The position numbers and the translations under genes were made by a program. From the NCBI GenBank assembly GCA_013239625.1, contig MU054187.1:9195231-9259230 (forward strand): a stretch of 64,000 nt of DNA. Direction: 5' to 3'. The notes under the pieces are model-generated. The model did no database searches. It had not been told where the DNA came from and saw nothing but the letters and a program-made list of their open reading frames with translations. Each line of letters opens with the position of its first letter. Position 1 is the stretch's first letter. The DNA comes from Lama guanicoe (lineage: Eukaryota). Positions 1-12,793 of this stretch are shown here, in pieces.

Positions 1-279
1 TTCAAAGATCTCCTCTAATGCCATCTCTCAACCTTCTCAACTGGATGTAATCAATCTTTCCTCTTAAAATCCCATAGCACAATATTGTTACCTTTTCCTT
101 TCTTACAGCAGTATGTTCTACCTTATGTTGAAGTTATTGGGTGCATGTCTTATCTGTCCAACCTGGCATTCTCAAGGCCAGTAACAGAACCTTACTCACC
201 CTGGTATGTCTCCCATCATCTGTCAATGGTACCTTGTAAATAGCAGGCATTCAAAATATTTATACAGTTGAACTGAACT
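1..279 (+). mobile_element. L2 3' end fragment
   Basis: L2-type tail ...tagcaggcattcaaaatattt...gttgaactgaact. Confidence 0.55.
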
Positions 280-836
280 AAAACCTAGTGCATACAATAT
301 CTCCCAGGAAATTCATAGCTCTGAACTAAATTACATCACACGGCAAATCTGAAAATATTAATTCAAGGATGAGAGATGAAATCTGTTATTAATTTGCCAA
401 CTACAACTTTGGGTAAACGTTAACAAAGACAGGCATTGTAAATAAAGCCCATTTTCAGTCAAAACTAATAGACATTTGATGGCACAGAGTACAACAACTG
501 GATATAATGATTCCAAGGTGTTAGAGCTTGAAATTTATGAAAAAAGTACAATCCCAGCTGAATGAAAATAAGAAATTTCTCATGCTTTCTCTACTATTGG
601 TTGGCTATACTGAAAGGAAAATGAAAAGCAAAAAACAAGAATGTAACAGACTAGACAAAGATCTTTGGTGACACATTTCTGGTGATGTTTTGGTCATTAC
701 ATCATTATTATCAGATATAGTCACTGAAGGCTTATCAGAATGGGCTGCTGATCAGCTAACTCGATCTTAACATATTGAGATGGAAAAAATACGATATTAA
801 CAACTGTAGATGGGTTCCTTCTTGGGGAAGACTCAC

Positions 837-888
837 CTTTCTTATGGATAAAGCTTTGAGAAATCTGTAAAGAGTTCATTGTAGTTCC
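837..888 (-). pseudogene. Candidate exon (GTTMNSLQISQSFIHKK), phase 0->1
   Basis: ccctgcag|GGAACT...AAGAAAG|gtgagt; consensus donor; only one of three frames is open. Confidence 0.5.
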
Positions 889-1466
889 CTGCAGGGTATA
901 GGTGTCAGATGCTTTGAAGTCTTTTGAGGGAGAAAGAGTCAAAATTGCAATTGGGGTGAGGCAGAGGGAGAAGGGAGAGAAAGAAAAAGAAGAGACATGA
1001 ACATGAGTAAATGCCACGTTTGGTGGGGTACTGTGAACTAAGCAAGGTAACTCTTCTCAGTGACCTCATGCACATTCAGGAAATTTTACAGAATCACGGA
1101 AGATTGAGGTGAGTGGGTTTCTTACGAAAACCAGTAAAGTGGCCAAGTCCTGCATCATGGTTTTTGTGGGAAATAAAATAGAGACAGTAAGTTCTGGTGC
1201 TCGGGCCTGAGTCAGAGGAGATTTGAAGGCCTTAACTTGGTGACAGTCCCCAGAAATCCTGGGGACTTCCCCACCCCCTGAATATGAGAGGCTTTGAAAA
1301 AAATTCCCCCCAGAGCCCAGAAAAAGAGAGGTCCTCAAATCAAATCAGCATTACAGCAACTTTAGTGGTCACAGGCTTATAATTTAATATTCTAGGGATA
1401 TTAACCCATGACTTATTTACATAAACACTACCTCCATTTATAAGAAGGGCAAATAATGCTTGAGGC

Positions 1467-1607
1467 AGCAGAATGTAGAATTTATGAGCATAGACCCTGG
1501 AGCCAGATGTCTGAGTCTGATTCACTTTTTACCAGCCATGTGATCCTTAGTACCCCCTGTGCCTCAGTTTCTTCATTTGAAAAATGGGGGGAATAAAAGT
1601 ACTTATC
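1467..1607 (+). mobile_element. MIR SINE, 5' part (interrupted)
   Basis: MIR core gcctcagtttcttcatttgaaaaatgggg; resumes at about 2832. Confidence 0.75.
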
Positions 1608-2830
1608 TGTGAGCAAAGGGCTTAACAAAACCTATTATTCCTCTGTAAGACTTAAACATTGGTTAACTATCCAGCTCTGTTCTCCTGGTAACCTGGGAAA
1701 AGGAGAAATGTCAACAAGACATTGTCTTTTAAGGTAAAAATGAGCCCTGAGTGGTAAATTGCTTCTGCACTGGAGGAATTAGGAAAAAATCCACAAAGGC
1801 CTGATGAGGATGCCACTTCGGGCATCGCTGGGTACAGTGACCCTTAAAACTGGGCTTGTGCCTATAGGCGTGAAGCTATGCCTCTAAAAATCCTACAGGA
1901 GATACTAAGCAAGAATCATGCTTCATGGTATTTACCCAAACGAGTTGAAAACTTATATCAATACAAAAACCTGTACACAGATGTTTATAGCAGATTTATT
2001 CATAATTGCCAAAACTTGAAAGCAACCAAGATGCTCTTCAAGGTGAATGGGTAAACAAACTATGGTATATCCATACTATGGAATATTATTCAGCAATAAA
2101 AAGAAATGAGCTATCACCCAGGAAAAGACATTGAGGGATGTTAAAAGCATATTGCTAAGTGAAGGAAGTCTGAAAAGGCTACACATTGTATGACGGCAAC
2201 TATATTACATTCTGGAAAAGGCAAAAACTATGGAGACAGTAAAAAGATCAGTGGTTGCCAGGGGTCTGGGAGAAGAAAGGAGGATGACTAGATGGAATAC
2301 ATGAGGTTTTTAAGACAGTGAAACTATTCTGTGTGATACTGTAATGGCAGATATGTGACATTATGCATTTGTACACCAAGAGTGAACTCTAATAATGTAC
2401 TAGGACTTCAGTTAATAACAATATATCTTCATTGACTCATCAAGTGTAAGAAATGTACCATGATGTTAATAAGGGAAACTGTGTGCATAGAGGACTGAGG
2501 AGGTATTTGAGAAGTCTCTGTACTTTCCTCTCAATTTTTCTGAAACCTAAAGCTGCTCTATAATGTCTATTAATTAAAAGGGAAAAAAAACCCTACAGGA
2601 GGTATTGGTTCTGGTGGGGAATGAAGCTTCTAAGCCAGGCAGATCCTGCACTTGCCCTGTGTGGGTCTTGTTAGACTGCTTCAAGAATTGCCATTAAAGA
2701 TATGTCTGAAGCTGCCCTGCCGGTGAGCTTTGGTTCCTCTCCCATGTCCTGAATAGGCTAGTGGCCCATCATTACTTGGTGAGCTTGAGAGTTTGGCTGA
2801 GGCTAAGAAGATCTCTTGGTGGTCTATGCA
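1608..2830. mobile_element. Probable ERV solo LTR inserted in the MIR, itself interrupted by L1
   Basis: Begins TGTG and ends about TGCA exactly at the MIR breakpoint; tatct occurs on both sides. Confidence 0.4.
1907..2590 (+). mobile_element. L1MC-like LINE-1 3' end
   Basis: Typical ORF2 end/3'UTR (gtttatagcag...ggagacagtaaaaagatcagtggttgccagggg), A tail, TSD aaaa(t/c)cctacaggag at about 1887-1901 and 2587-2601. Confidence 0.85.
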
Positions 2831-2831
2831 C

Positions 2832-2930
2832 TATCTCACAGAACTGTGTGAGGATTAAACAAGCTAACATTGTCAAAACACTCAGAACAAGGCTTGAGAC
2901 GTGTAAATGCTATATGATTGTTAGCTATAG
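2832..2930 (+). mobile_element. MIR SINE, 3' part
   Basis: tgtgaggattaaa...aaaacactcagaaca...tgttagctat. Confidence 0.7.
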
Positions 2931-3144
2931 TCGTTACAGGAGTGAGTGGCTGTACTTTAACATTTTAACAATCATATCTCCCCAGATTATGAGTGACATG
3001 CCATCTGCATGTCAGATCAATACATAGTGTGTATATGGATGTATCCTTAGATACAGATATCCACATGGATATATCCACAGATATAGATATAGTATATGTA
3101 TTCCTCACACAACGCCTTGCATGTAAACTTAGTGTTTGTTTTAT

Positions 3145-3675
3145 GTTCCTTTATGAAATGGTCAGTCAGGGAGACATAGGAAAGGCTCAGAAAAAACAAA
3201 GTTTATTATAGTCACAGGTTTTAGGGACAGGAGGCACAACATACCCCACATGGCCACATGAGAAAACACCAGGATGGTCAGGAGGCAGAAGACAGGAGTG
3301 AAAAGGTTTAGGCCAGAACCTTTGTTGCGGTTTCCCCAGGAAAGGTAAGGCAGGGCTGGAAGAGTGGCTTAGGACTGGCTAGTCTGAGTAATTTTGGCAG
3401 GCTTTGGGCTATAAGGATGGTCTCTAGCTGCCTGGTACCTGGCCTGGCAAGGAGCAAGGCAGAGGAATATTGCCTCCTGGGGTGAAGGCTGGATAGATGA
3501 GGTCTGGCTCTGAACTGGTCAGATTGTATGTCAAGGGCACACTTCTGACTGGGTTCTCTGCTTCCTCTAAGAATTGGCTAGGCCAAGGAGGGGCAGTTTC
3601 TCCCCAGTAAGAAGGTTCTTTAAGATGTCAAAACTTCATAACCAACAGAAAATTAAAAACACATTTACAATATAG
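3145..3675 (-). mobile_element. ERVL-type solo LTR (MER74/MER76-like)
   Basis: aagtttatta (antisense polyA signal) and ttaggactggctagt motifs recalled from this LTR group. Confidence 0.55.
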
Positions 3676-3996
3676 TGTTCCCTAGGCAATCCCTGAAATT
3701 CTGCCACGTGGAAATGTTTCAGGGATTATAGCATGGAACCCAAGTCAATATTACAGCTTTAGAAAGTCCCGCCCTCAGAACAGCTGAGCTCCCTTCACAA
3801 TGAACTAATTGATCCCTGACCTTTCTTGGAGAGTTCATCAGGCTGAAATCTATGCTTTCATTACTCTTGCATCCCAAGCACCTAACATAATGCCTGGCAC
3901 ATATTCATTTATTTATTCAAATTTATGGAGGGCCTACCATGTGCCAAGCTGGACTGGTAATGTTTTTTCAAAAACCCCAACTGAAAATATGAACCC

Positions 3997-4525
3997 TGTA
4001 TTGAATACATCCTATGTGCCATCCCAGATTCCCTTGGCCTCACCCGGCTCCTGGGCCCTCAGCCACTGTCTTCCCCTCAGCCGTGTAGTTCTGTTCAGTT
4101 CCAGACTGTTCTACTGCCTGAGGCCAATGCCCAGAGTCCTTGGCACCTCCCGCTACTTCCTCACGTGCCTCTGGATGAAATACCAGGTCACAAGTTAGAT
4201 AAATCTGCTTCACGCACCAAACACGGCAGGCAACACTACGGGCACACTCTTTGATCAGTGTTGATGGCAGATAAATTTCTTCTCCACCCCTCCCTACAAC
4301 AGGCTGTCCTGAGATATGGTGTTCCAGTACAGTCTAAAGGAGAGGGCCCTTTAGAGAAGAGCTCTTCTGGGTCTCTTCATGAAATAGTGACACTGTCTGG
4401 TGTTTGCTTCTAGCCTCATTTCCTTTCTCTCTCACTTCTGCTGCCCTGGGACTACACTTGCCAATGAAGCATTAGCAATTAAGTGTTGCCTTAGGCTCTG
4501 TTTTCCAGTGAACGTGGGCTAAGCC
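3997..4525 (+). mobile_element. LTR33-like ERVL solo LTR
   Basis: TG start; 3' end ccttaggctctgttttccagtgaacgtgggctaag. Confidence 0.65.
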
Positions 4526-4774
4526 TTGCTTATAGATCCACGCCCTTCATAATCCCAGTTACCAACCCTCTGCTCATTATACCAGGGGCTCTCCCCTGGG
4601 CCCTTTCACTCAATTTGCGTTCCAGTTTCACTCAGTACCATGACGCTCCTGATTTTCTCTCTATTTTGGCTCTGTGTACTCACTCCCATTCTGGTTTATC
4701 CCAGTCCCCTTGCTATCTTGTGTTTGCACTTCAGCCTCCATTCCTCCTTCTTACTATATTATTTTAACAATATT

Positions 4775-5165
4775 TTTACTTTTATTTGGGAAATTACTCT
4801 TCCCTTATCCTTAGGCCATGTGGTTCAGGTGGAGCTAAACGTCTTTCCTACACTGCCCAGGTCTTGGCCAACCAGCGTATTCCATACCCCTAGACACGGT
4901 GATTAGTCTGGAGACAGGCATATGACTAAGTCAGTCCAAACAGAGCCAGTCCTGAGGTCTTTGTTAGAATTACTGAGAAGAAAGCTCTTTCTCCTTTTAG
5001 AAAGAGACAGGAAGTGAGTCTGGGCATGGTCAGCCTGAGAGTGAAGCCAGACGCAAGGGAGAAAGAGACTGGTTGAGCTACTGAATTCATTCATGCCTGA
5101 AGTTTTCTATCCTCAAACCTTTCAGTTTTCTAAGTGAATAAATTGCATTTTTGCCTTTCTGTCCC
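4775..5165 (+). mobile_element. MLT1 (MaLR) LTR, old J/K/L-like subfamily
   Basis: ggcatatgactaagtcagtccaa...atgcctgaag...ttcagtt...aataaatt. Confidence 0.6.
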
Positions 5166-6439
5166 TGAAGTGGAAGGTAGACAAATTAATGTGGTTCTCT
5201 TTTTTTGTAAATCCTAGCCTCCTGGGCACTAATATAAAAACCTGGGGTACACAACGTGATACGACAGCAGAGCTTCCTAGGACTTTGTGATCACTGCACC
5301 TCTCCACTACAGTGCGGTGGGATGAGCTGAGAGGAGTCACTGGTGGAGGCCAGGACTGAGTTACTGGTACTGAAGGCAGACACCACATCTCCACACCTAG
5401 TGCTCATGTAGCCATCCCACAGCACACTCTGACCTGTCACATCTTGCCTCTTCCCTCTCCCTCCTGACCTGTGTTTCTGTCTGAGTGCCTTACCAGCAAT
5501 CTGATGCAACTTCTTGAATTCTTAAGACTGCAGGGGAATTTTATGTTCATTCAGGCACACAGTTCTGAAGTAGAGCACAGCAGGTGGAATTTCTGGCACC
5601 CTACCAGATCAGAGAGACAAAAGCAGGTGTCTTGCAGTGGGATGTGGGGGCAACTTAAGGAGGAACTTCCCAGCCTAACCATCCTGTGCCTTCCGAGGAT
5701 GGTTCCTGTTTGTCATTTCTACTTGACTCATGTTCCTGTCTCTCCTAACTCTTGATTAATCGCACCTCTCCACGCAATATGGTTTTACTTCTACACTTTG
5801 GCACCTGGTCTGACATAGCCCTGTGTAATGTTTCTTCAGTCTCCCTTGATGCTCTGGACCCTCTTCCTTCAAGTTGTCCCCGTAAGAAGGCAGTCTTATC
5901 AATTCTATTCCAACCTGACGCATGGGACTTGGACCCTGTGAAGTCTAATTACTGGGAAATAGAGCTATTTAGTCTACTCTGACTGAAGCTCAGGGTTTAC
6001 CAGTGTGTCCCTGACTAGCACCAAAGGATCACTTGGGAACTCTCGCCCTACTTCACCAGGCTTCTAGTCAACCTCTAGGGTTCATACACAGCCTGCTCTG
6101 TTCTCAGAGGACAGTCCTCATGCAGTGATCAGATGTGTGTTGGGCAAAATCTAAAGCACATGCAGGGGATTTATCCTGCTTACATGATGAGTGAATGGCT
6201 GATGGATAAGATCTTGAAGCACTGACTGAAAAATATTCCCACTCGGGTAATGGGGTAATTTTTCTGACATATTAACCCATTTAGTCCATCACGCTTTCTG
6301 GATATTTGCTTGGGGATCCTTGTAAGAGCCATACCCCCAGTCTATGGACAGACAAACTCTGGACAACTAGGTGACTTTCAGACAACTACAATGGTAGAAT
6401 TCAGGTGTAAGATACAAGGAACAAACAGTAACAGTAAAA

Positions 6440-7400
6440 CATATTGAGTATCTTCTGTACATAAGGCACAGGTTAGGCTCTAGTGGTTTAAACAATAAAA
6501 CACGGAATTAAAATATTATTACAAATTTAAGATGTGCTTTGAATGAAAAGAACAGGGGACAGAGACAGAATGATAGGGGAGGATGACCATTCAGACAAGG
6601 CCTTTCTGAGGAGGTGATGTGAGGTAGGACAAAAAGAATAAGGCGGTCATAATCATACAAGCAGTTGAAAGAAGGGAAAGTGTTACAACCAGAAGGAACA
6701 GCATATGCAAACTCCCTGAGATAAGTATGTTAAAGAAACGAAAAGAAAATCCGGATCGCTGATGAGTAGTGAGCAAGGGGCAGAATGGTCAAGATGAGAA
6801 CTGCGGCAGCGGCAGGACGGAGGGCCTTTGAGAGCTTGCCTATAATTCTATGTGAGAAATAAAGCCACTGAAGTAGGAGAGTAACATGAAATAGCTGAAA
6901 TTCCAAGTCATGCTTGCCTCAAAGTGCATGGAAAATGGGCTGTAGGAGGCAGAAGAGAAAGCAGGGGCACCACTGAGGAGGCTGCTGAGTGCAGCGGCCT
7001 TGGGGAGGAACCACGGGTTTCTCCATCCACTTGGCAGTTGAATCAACGTGACTTCCTGTTGGACTCTATCTGAGAAGTGAGAAAAAAGAGGAAGTGAGTA
7101 TGACTTGGATTTCTCACTTGAGAGACTGGTCCACGATGGTGTCATTAACTAAGATGGGGAAATCTGAGTGGAAAATTTGGTTGTGAGAGTGAGTGGAAAT
7201 CCATTCAAGTTTTGAAGTTTCAGTGGTATGTGAGACAGACAGATGGGGAAGTCCAGCGGGAAGCTAGAAGACATACCTGGAACCTGGTGGGGAGGGAGAT
7301 CTTATCTGGAGGCAGGGATTTGGGGGTTGTCAGCAGACACATGGATGGCATTTAAAGCCACAGGAACAGATGAGGTTCCCAGGAGAGTGTTGTAGGAAAC
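6440..7400 (-). mobile_element. L2 LINE fragment
   Basis: Antisense L2 3' region (tattgagtat...aggcctttctgaggaggtga...tttaaagcca). Confidence 0.75.
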
Positions 7401-7774
7401 TAGGAGGGCAGAGGGTCCTTGGCTCCAGACCCTCCCCTCAGGTCTTCTCCACAATTCCTCATCCTTCCTTCTTTAGGCTTCATAAGCAAAAGATCCTTCC
7501 CTCTCACTGAGGAGCCTAATGGTCTCTGAACAAGTGAGTCAGTTCTGATGATCATCCTCTCAGAAAGCCCGGGCCTAAAGCCTGCCCCCATGCTTCTGTC
7601 TTCTGCTCTTCCAGGTGAGTGTCCTCCCCCAACTCCTAAGATGCACAAATGACCTTCACACTCAGAAAGGAAAGGAAGGAAGGAAGAAACCCCAGATAAC
7701 ACTGCCATCACCGTTCACTCAGGCAGTTAAACCAAGCAGCAAACCACAGCCTGAGCTCTCAGAAGGACACTGCC

Positions 7775-7900
7775 TCAGAGAAAAAACGTGACAAAGAATA
7801 TACGTATGTTCATGTATAACTGAAAAATTGTGCTCTACACTGGAATTTGACACAACATTGTAAAATGATTATAAATCAATAAAAAATGTTTAAAAAAAAG
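7775..7900 (+). mobile_element. Short young camelid-type L1 3' terminus
   Basis: Near-identical to 47215-47340 (gttcatgtataactgaaaaattgtgct...caataaaaaatgtt + A tail). Confidence 0.85.
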
Positions 7901-9392
7901 GAGATTATCTTATTGGCCAAGTCTTGAGGGCCCATTGCTGTACTGCTGTTAGCCTTGGGGTAAATCATGCTTCCAGACTGCTCAGCTTTGCCCCAGCAGT
8001 CAGTTTTTCTGTGTGTAGCATGGATCACATGGAAGACTGAAACGAGATGATCTGACTGGCTCTGGGCTAACCATGACCACTCAGGATGAGCATATGCTCC
8101 ACTGAAAGTGGGTCACGAAGCCAACATACACCTGTAAAGATATTACATATCGTTCTGTGTGGTGCATAAGCTTCAAAGAACTCATTGTGCAATTATCTGC
8201 TCTTTTTATGTGAAATGGTCATATCTCTTATCTCTTATCTGTGAATACTCCCTACTCCTAGCAGGGTCACCCTCGTGCCTTCTCCTACTAATAGCTCCCA
8301 GATTGAACCAGGAATGAATTCCTGTAGAAGCAAACAGGAAGTGCCCTGGTGGTTGCTGTAGATTACCCACAACACTGAGGTTTCCTTTGGGTGTTTTGCA
8401 CCTCTGCTTTGTTCATTCTGCCCTGCCCCTTTCCTTCCGGTGCAGGGTCGGGTCACTCTGCTGGCCCATCTCTGCAGTGCTGAAGGCCACCTGCTTCTTA
8501 CCTTCCTAACTGGTTCTTATCTCACTATTTTCCTGGACCAATCATTTCTGTGCTGCTCGGACTGATGGTCTGATCCACAACTTGGCCCGAATGCTTCATT
8601 TGTATGTGCATCTAGGCCCCTGGCTTATTATCAGGTTGCAGACCTGCTGTGCAGCCCAGATCCACAACCTCTGCACGTTCTTCACTCTGCCAGCCCCAGC
8701 TTCCTGCCTGTCTTTCTGAAAGCCACCACCCCCATAGTTCCTCTGTTGACATGTAATGCACACATGCACACGGTTTTTTGTTTCATGACTGCTCTAAATA
8801 TCTGCACACTGTGGTTACGCATTCTTATTTATATGTTTCATGACACTTTGGCTCACCAGCAACTACTCCATCTCTGATTGCTTCCCATCAAGAGGGCCTG
8901 CCTCCTGTAGCTTTTTCCTGGTGGTGAGCATTGATGTGTATCACTGCACCTAAGCAGGGTTGCCTTAGGTTAAAGATTCTTAAAAGTGTTTCTTATTGCT
9001 GACCTAGGAATGTTGCTTCATGTTAGCTCATCATTCAGAACTTCTTGGGAAATCTGCATTCAGCCAGCACATGCAAAGAGCAAGGCAAGGGTGGGAATAA
9101 TAAGCTGATGGGTTCCAGGCTTCACTGATGTTTAATATTAAGTCTGTCTCATAGGCAGCATTAATGAAATTAAGGGAAGGATATATGGTTGCCCTAGTGC
9201 TGTAGACTGATGCTGGGTCTTCTGAGTGCATTTGGTTCCATTATACTTCCATCCCCCTAAAAAAGTTAGCATGCTCATGTGACTTGTTTTGGACAAAGAA
9301 ATATGAGCAGAAATTACACGTGCTAATTCTAGGTGTAAACTTTAAGAACTAGTGTGCACTTTGGCACATTTCCTTTTTTTTTCTGTCAAGGC

Positions 9393-9750
9393 CAGCACTG
9401 CCCAATAGAAATATAATGCAATCCATATGTGTAAGTTTAAATTTTTTAGTAGTCACATTAAAAAAGTAAAAAATTAAAATTAATTTAAATACATAGTTCA
9501 ATTAACCCAATATATCAAAAATACCATTTCTATAGGTAAACAGTATTAAAAATTACTCATAGATATTTTACATTCTTTATTCCCCTATACTAAGTCTTGA
9601 AATCTGGCATGTATTTTATACTTACATCTCAATTCAGACAAGATCAGGTGCATTCAGGGTGGTATAGTTGTGGACCTTATAGCTCAATTCAGACTAGCCA
9701 CATTTCAAGGACTCAATAGCCAGATACGGCTGGTGACTGCCATGCCTGGA
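9393..9750. mobile_element. MER33-like hAT-Charlie DNA transposon (carries the 5S insert)
   Basis: cagcactgcccaatagaaatataatgc...ctagccacatttcaaggactcaatagcc. Confidence 0.75.
9634..9675 (-). pseudogene. 5S rRNA 5' fragment (nt 1-42), tailless retropseudogene
   Basis: Reverse complement gtccacaactataccaccctgaatgcacctgatcttgtctga versus mammalian 5S GTCTACGGCCATACCACCCTGAACGCGCCCGATCTCGTCTGA: 34/42 identical, all differences transitions, 5 at CpG; 19-bp direct repeats at 9621-9639 and 9676-9694. Confidence 0.9.
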
Positions 9751-10021
9751 TGAATAACCTTCAGCTTATTAGGATGCGTATGTATATATATCTCCATCAT
9801 ATTAAGTTTTAAATGTTACCACCAAAAAACCATGAGCCAGAACTTTGTGACTTTCAAGACTTAAAAAGACCCTTGGATCCCCACCTTTTGATGTGTAGGA
9901 GGCTAGACTCCAAGGAAGGCATACTTTCCAATGTTCATTTCAGGTGTCCCCAAGGAGGATACTGAACAGAGAGTCAAAGTATATTCTTTGCTCCTGAGTA
10001 GGGGGCCCTTCCAACACTTAC

Positions 10022-10079
10022 CCAGTGGGATTTCAGAATTCTAAATGGCTGATGCATATATATCACACTTTCCCAAATT
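10022..10079 (-). pseudogene. Candidate exon with mutated acceptor (IWESVIYMHQPFRILKSHW)
   Basis: Perfect donor TGG|gtaagt; upstream branch-like ccctaat and pyrimidine tract tattctctctccac, followed by taaa instead of yag. Confidence 0.35.
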
Positions 10080-10379
10080 TTAGTGGAGAGAGAATATTAG
10101 GGCATGAAGAGAATATCAGAGCAGCTGAGGGATGGCAGAGGTACTGAGAACAAAGGGAATGAGAAATTATGGTTAAGCAGATTCCCTTTGGGATTATTTA
10201 AGGAATAAAATTTGGAACTGCACTTAAGTACCTTGGCTACTGGGCTGATTCCCAGAACATAACCTCTTAAAGATATTGCTCTCACTGGAGCCAGGGCACT
10301 ATGTGATGTGACACAAATTAAACCTGGTGTCAGTCATCACTGGGAACTGCTATATCCATCCTCCACACATCAACCAGTT

Positions 10380-10980
10380 TGAGAGTCATAAATGTAGATC
10401 AGACTGTTCTACTCCCCCATTCAAATGTTCCAAAGGCTTCCCACTTCCTCTAAGATTACATTTAAGTTCGTTTAACATGGTATCCAAGGGTCTTCATTAT
10501 ATGACTCCTATTTTCTTTTGCAGCCTCATTTCTTGTCACTCACTTCCTTATGTTTTACGTCTCAGGAACACCAAAGTACTTTGAGTTTCTTGCTGCTACC
10601 ATGATGCTTCTCTTTATTCACACTTTCCTGGAACCCCCTCCTTCCTTTTTGCCTGGTTAACTCCTACTATTTGTTTAAGACTTAATCAAGTGCCATCTCC
10701 AAGAAGTCTGCACTGTCTGCCAGGAGGATTAAATGTTCCTATTTGACTCAACCCAAGACCTTGCACACCTATCATTAAACTTATCACTTTGCATTAAAAT
10801 TATTTATTTATGCATAGCTTGTTCTTGAGGGCTTGGGAGATGCTCAGTAAGTGTTTCTTGAATAAATATTTCTGAAAGACAGAGCCAGTGACCACAGAGA
10901 ATGGATGCAGGGAGCCTTGCCAAAGAGCAGAGTTAGCAGAGGCTTAACAAATGTTTCTTGAGTAAGTGGCAGTTGAACAG
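10380..10980 (+). mobile_element. L2 fragment(s)
   Basis: Pyrimidine-rich L2 3' region ending gctcagtaagtgtttcttgaataaat. Confidence 0.65.
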
Positions 10981-11197
10981 TCTGTTGCTGAAATAGCACA
11001 ATCTGACTATAGTTTATAGTCCTTGCCTGCATAGCAGTGGTATTTCTATGCCAATAATGGGTCATAATTTCTAGAACTTCTTATTTTTTACCTGATAGGC
11101 CACTGAAATTTTGATGGTATAAGCTAGTCATTTCAAAGAATCCCATTTCGGAATTGCCAGCATTTCAGAAAAGAATCCCAAATGCCTGATCTTTTAC

Positions 11198-11269
11198 CTT
11201 GGCTTTTTGACTCCCTAGCCTGCAGACTGAGCTATGAGACTGAGGGATGAGAAGCCAGTGCAGTAGTTC
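11198..11269 (-). pseudogene. Candidate exon (ELLHWLLIPQSHSSVCRLGSQKAK), phase 0->0
   Basis: gttctctctgccacag|GAACTA...GCCAAG|gtaaaa; 72 nt, open in the phase set by the upstream exon. Confidence 0.55.
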
Positions 11270-12793
11270 CTGTGGCAGAGAGAACTCGTTATGTGGTAAC
11301 TGTGATAATGTCTTGTCTGATTGTGCAACCACGGCCACGTCCTTAATGGCCCTCAACATAGCTATGACATTTAGAGTATATTTTTAGACAATAATATGAA
11401 ATAACAGACACTTGTTAAGCAACTTTTTAACAAGTGCCAAGATTATTAGAAATCTGTGGTACTGTCTGCCCAGGAAACCACCTCTATGCCTTCTTCTTAT
11501 CTTATGACTTATATTGCCCCTTCCTTGTGACCACCTTGGAATCTTACTACATTTTTCAATGACCTCCTGACTATAGTGGATTGACTAATGAATGAACTAA
11601 TTATAAAACTCTTCAACTGGAGTTTAAAAAATCAACATGTTTGATTGGTACAGTTGTCACCTGACCTAGGATTGACAAATAAAATCCAAGATTGTTTTGC
11701 TTGGTAAAAGAAAGGTTGAAAGCTGTAAGATGCAAGACTTGGAAGATAAACATAACCCATTTGAAAAGAGAAAAGAAATTAAATCTATAGTTCCTGGCAG
11801 ATTTGAGGAATACTTCCAGCTATTCCTTTGATCCAACTGCTCTTGCCACAGTTGTATCACACTTTCTTTGATACAGTGAGGGAATGAATTTCCATTTTTG
11901 CTTATGCTTATTTGAATTGGATTTCTGTCAATTGTAATCAGAAAGATGTGTTAGGCATGGTGCTATGTACTAGCAACTTAAAGACAAATATACCAAGGTC
12001 CTTATCCTTAAGAACCCATATCCTAGTGAAACAATAGTGTTTTAAGTCAAATTTTACTTAAATTACTTTTATATACATCTCATTTATTACTTTTGTAACT
12101 CTGTGAAATAGATATTATCATTGTACCCTTGTCTTTCAGAATAGATACATGTAGAGATCTCTGGATTCCCACCATTGAAAATATAGTAGAGAAGTAGATC
12201 CTTCATTATGTATTTTAAATTAACACATGGAATATTGAATTTGACAGTATACTCAATCCTGTCATAGTATTAGAAACACAATCAAATTAAACATTCATTT
12301 ACTTAATTTATCTAAGACTTTTGTTAAGAGCTACATTTTTTATTTTTGGTTTTTGGTTTTTCTTCCATCATCAGTAATAGCAAATACTTTTTTATTGAAT
12401 TTTTTCCCTAAGAAAACTTTTTCAAATAAACCATGAAAATAACTATTTACATGACATCAAGGAGAAAACAAAGCTCTACTGAGTTGTATGTAAATGTTGG
12501 TAAGTTGATTAGGTGAGCAGCCTCACAATAAACATAATTCAAATGACAAATTACTTCATGTCATGAACCTTCAGGATGATTCTAATGTAAATGTAGCCAC
12601 AAACTTAAATTATGCAGTATTCATATCCTACTGTATTTATAGATGAGGAAACCAAGAATCAGAGAAGGAAAATGACACCAAGATAATAATACAACAGTGA
12701 AGAAGGCTGGACTTGGGCTTCAATCGTATTGACTTGTCATCTGACTCTGAGTCCTTTGACCTGTTAAGGTATGGAGAACAACAGATTCACCTC

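Noticed and set aside
8502..8716. Minus-strand segment ending in AAG|gtaaga as a further exon
   Set aside because: Weak acceptor and multiple stops in the frames examined; cannot be supported without an orthologue
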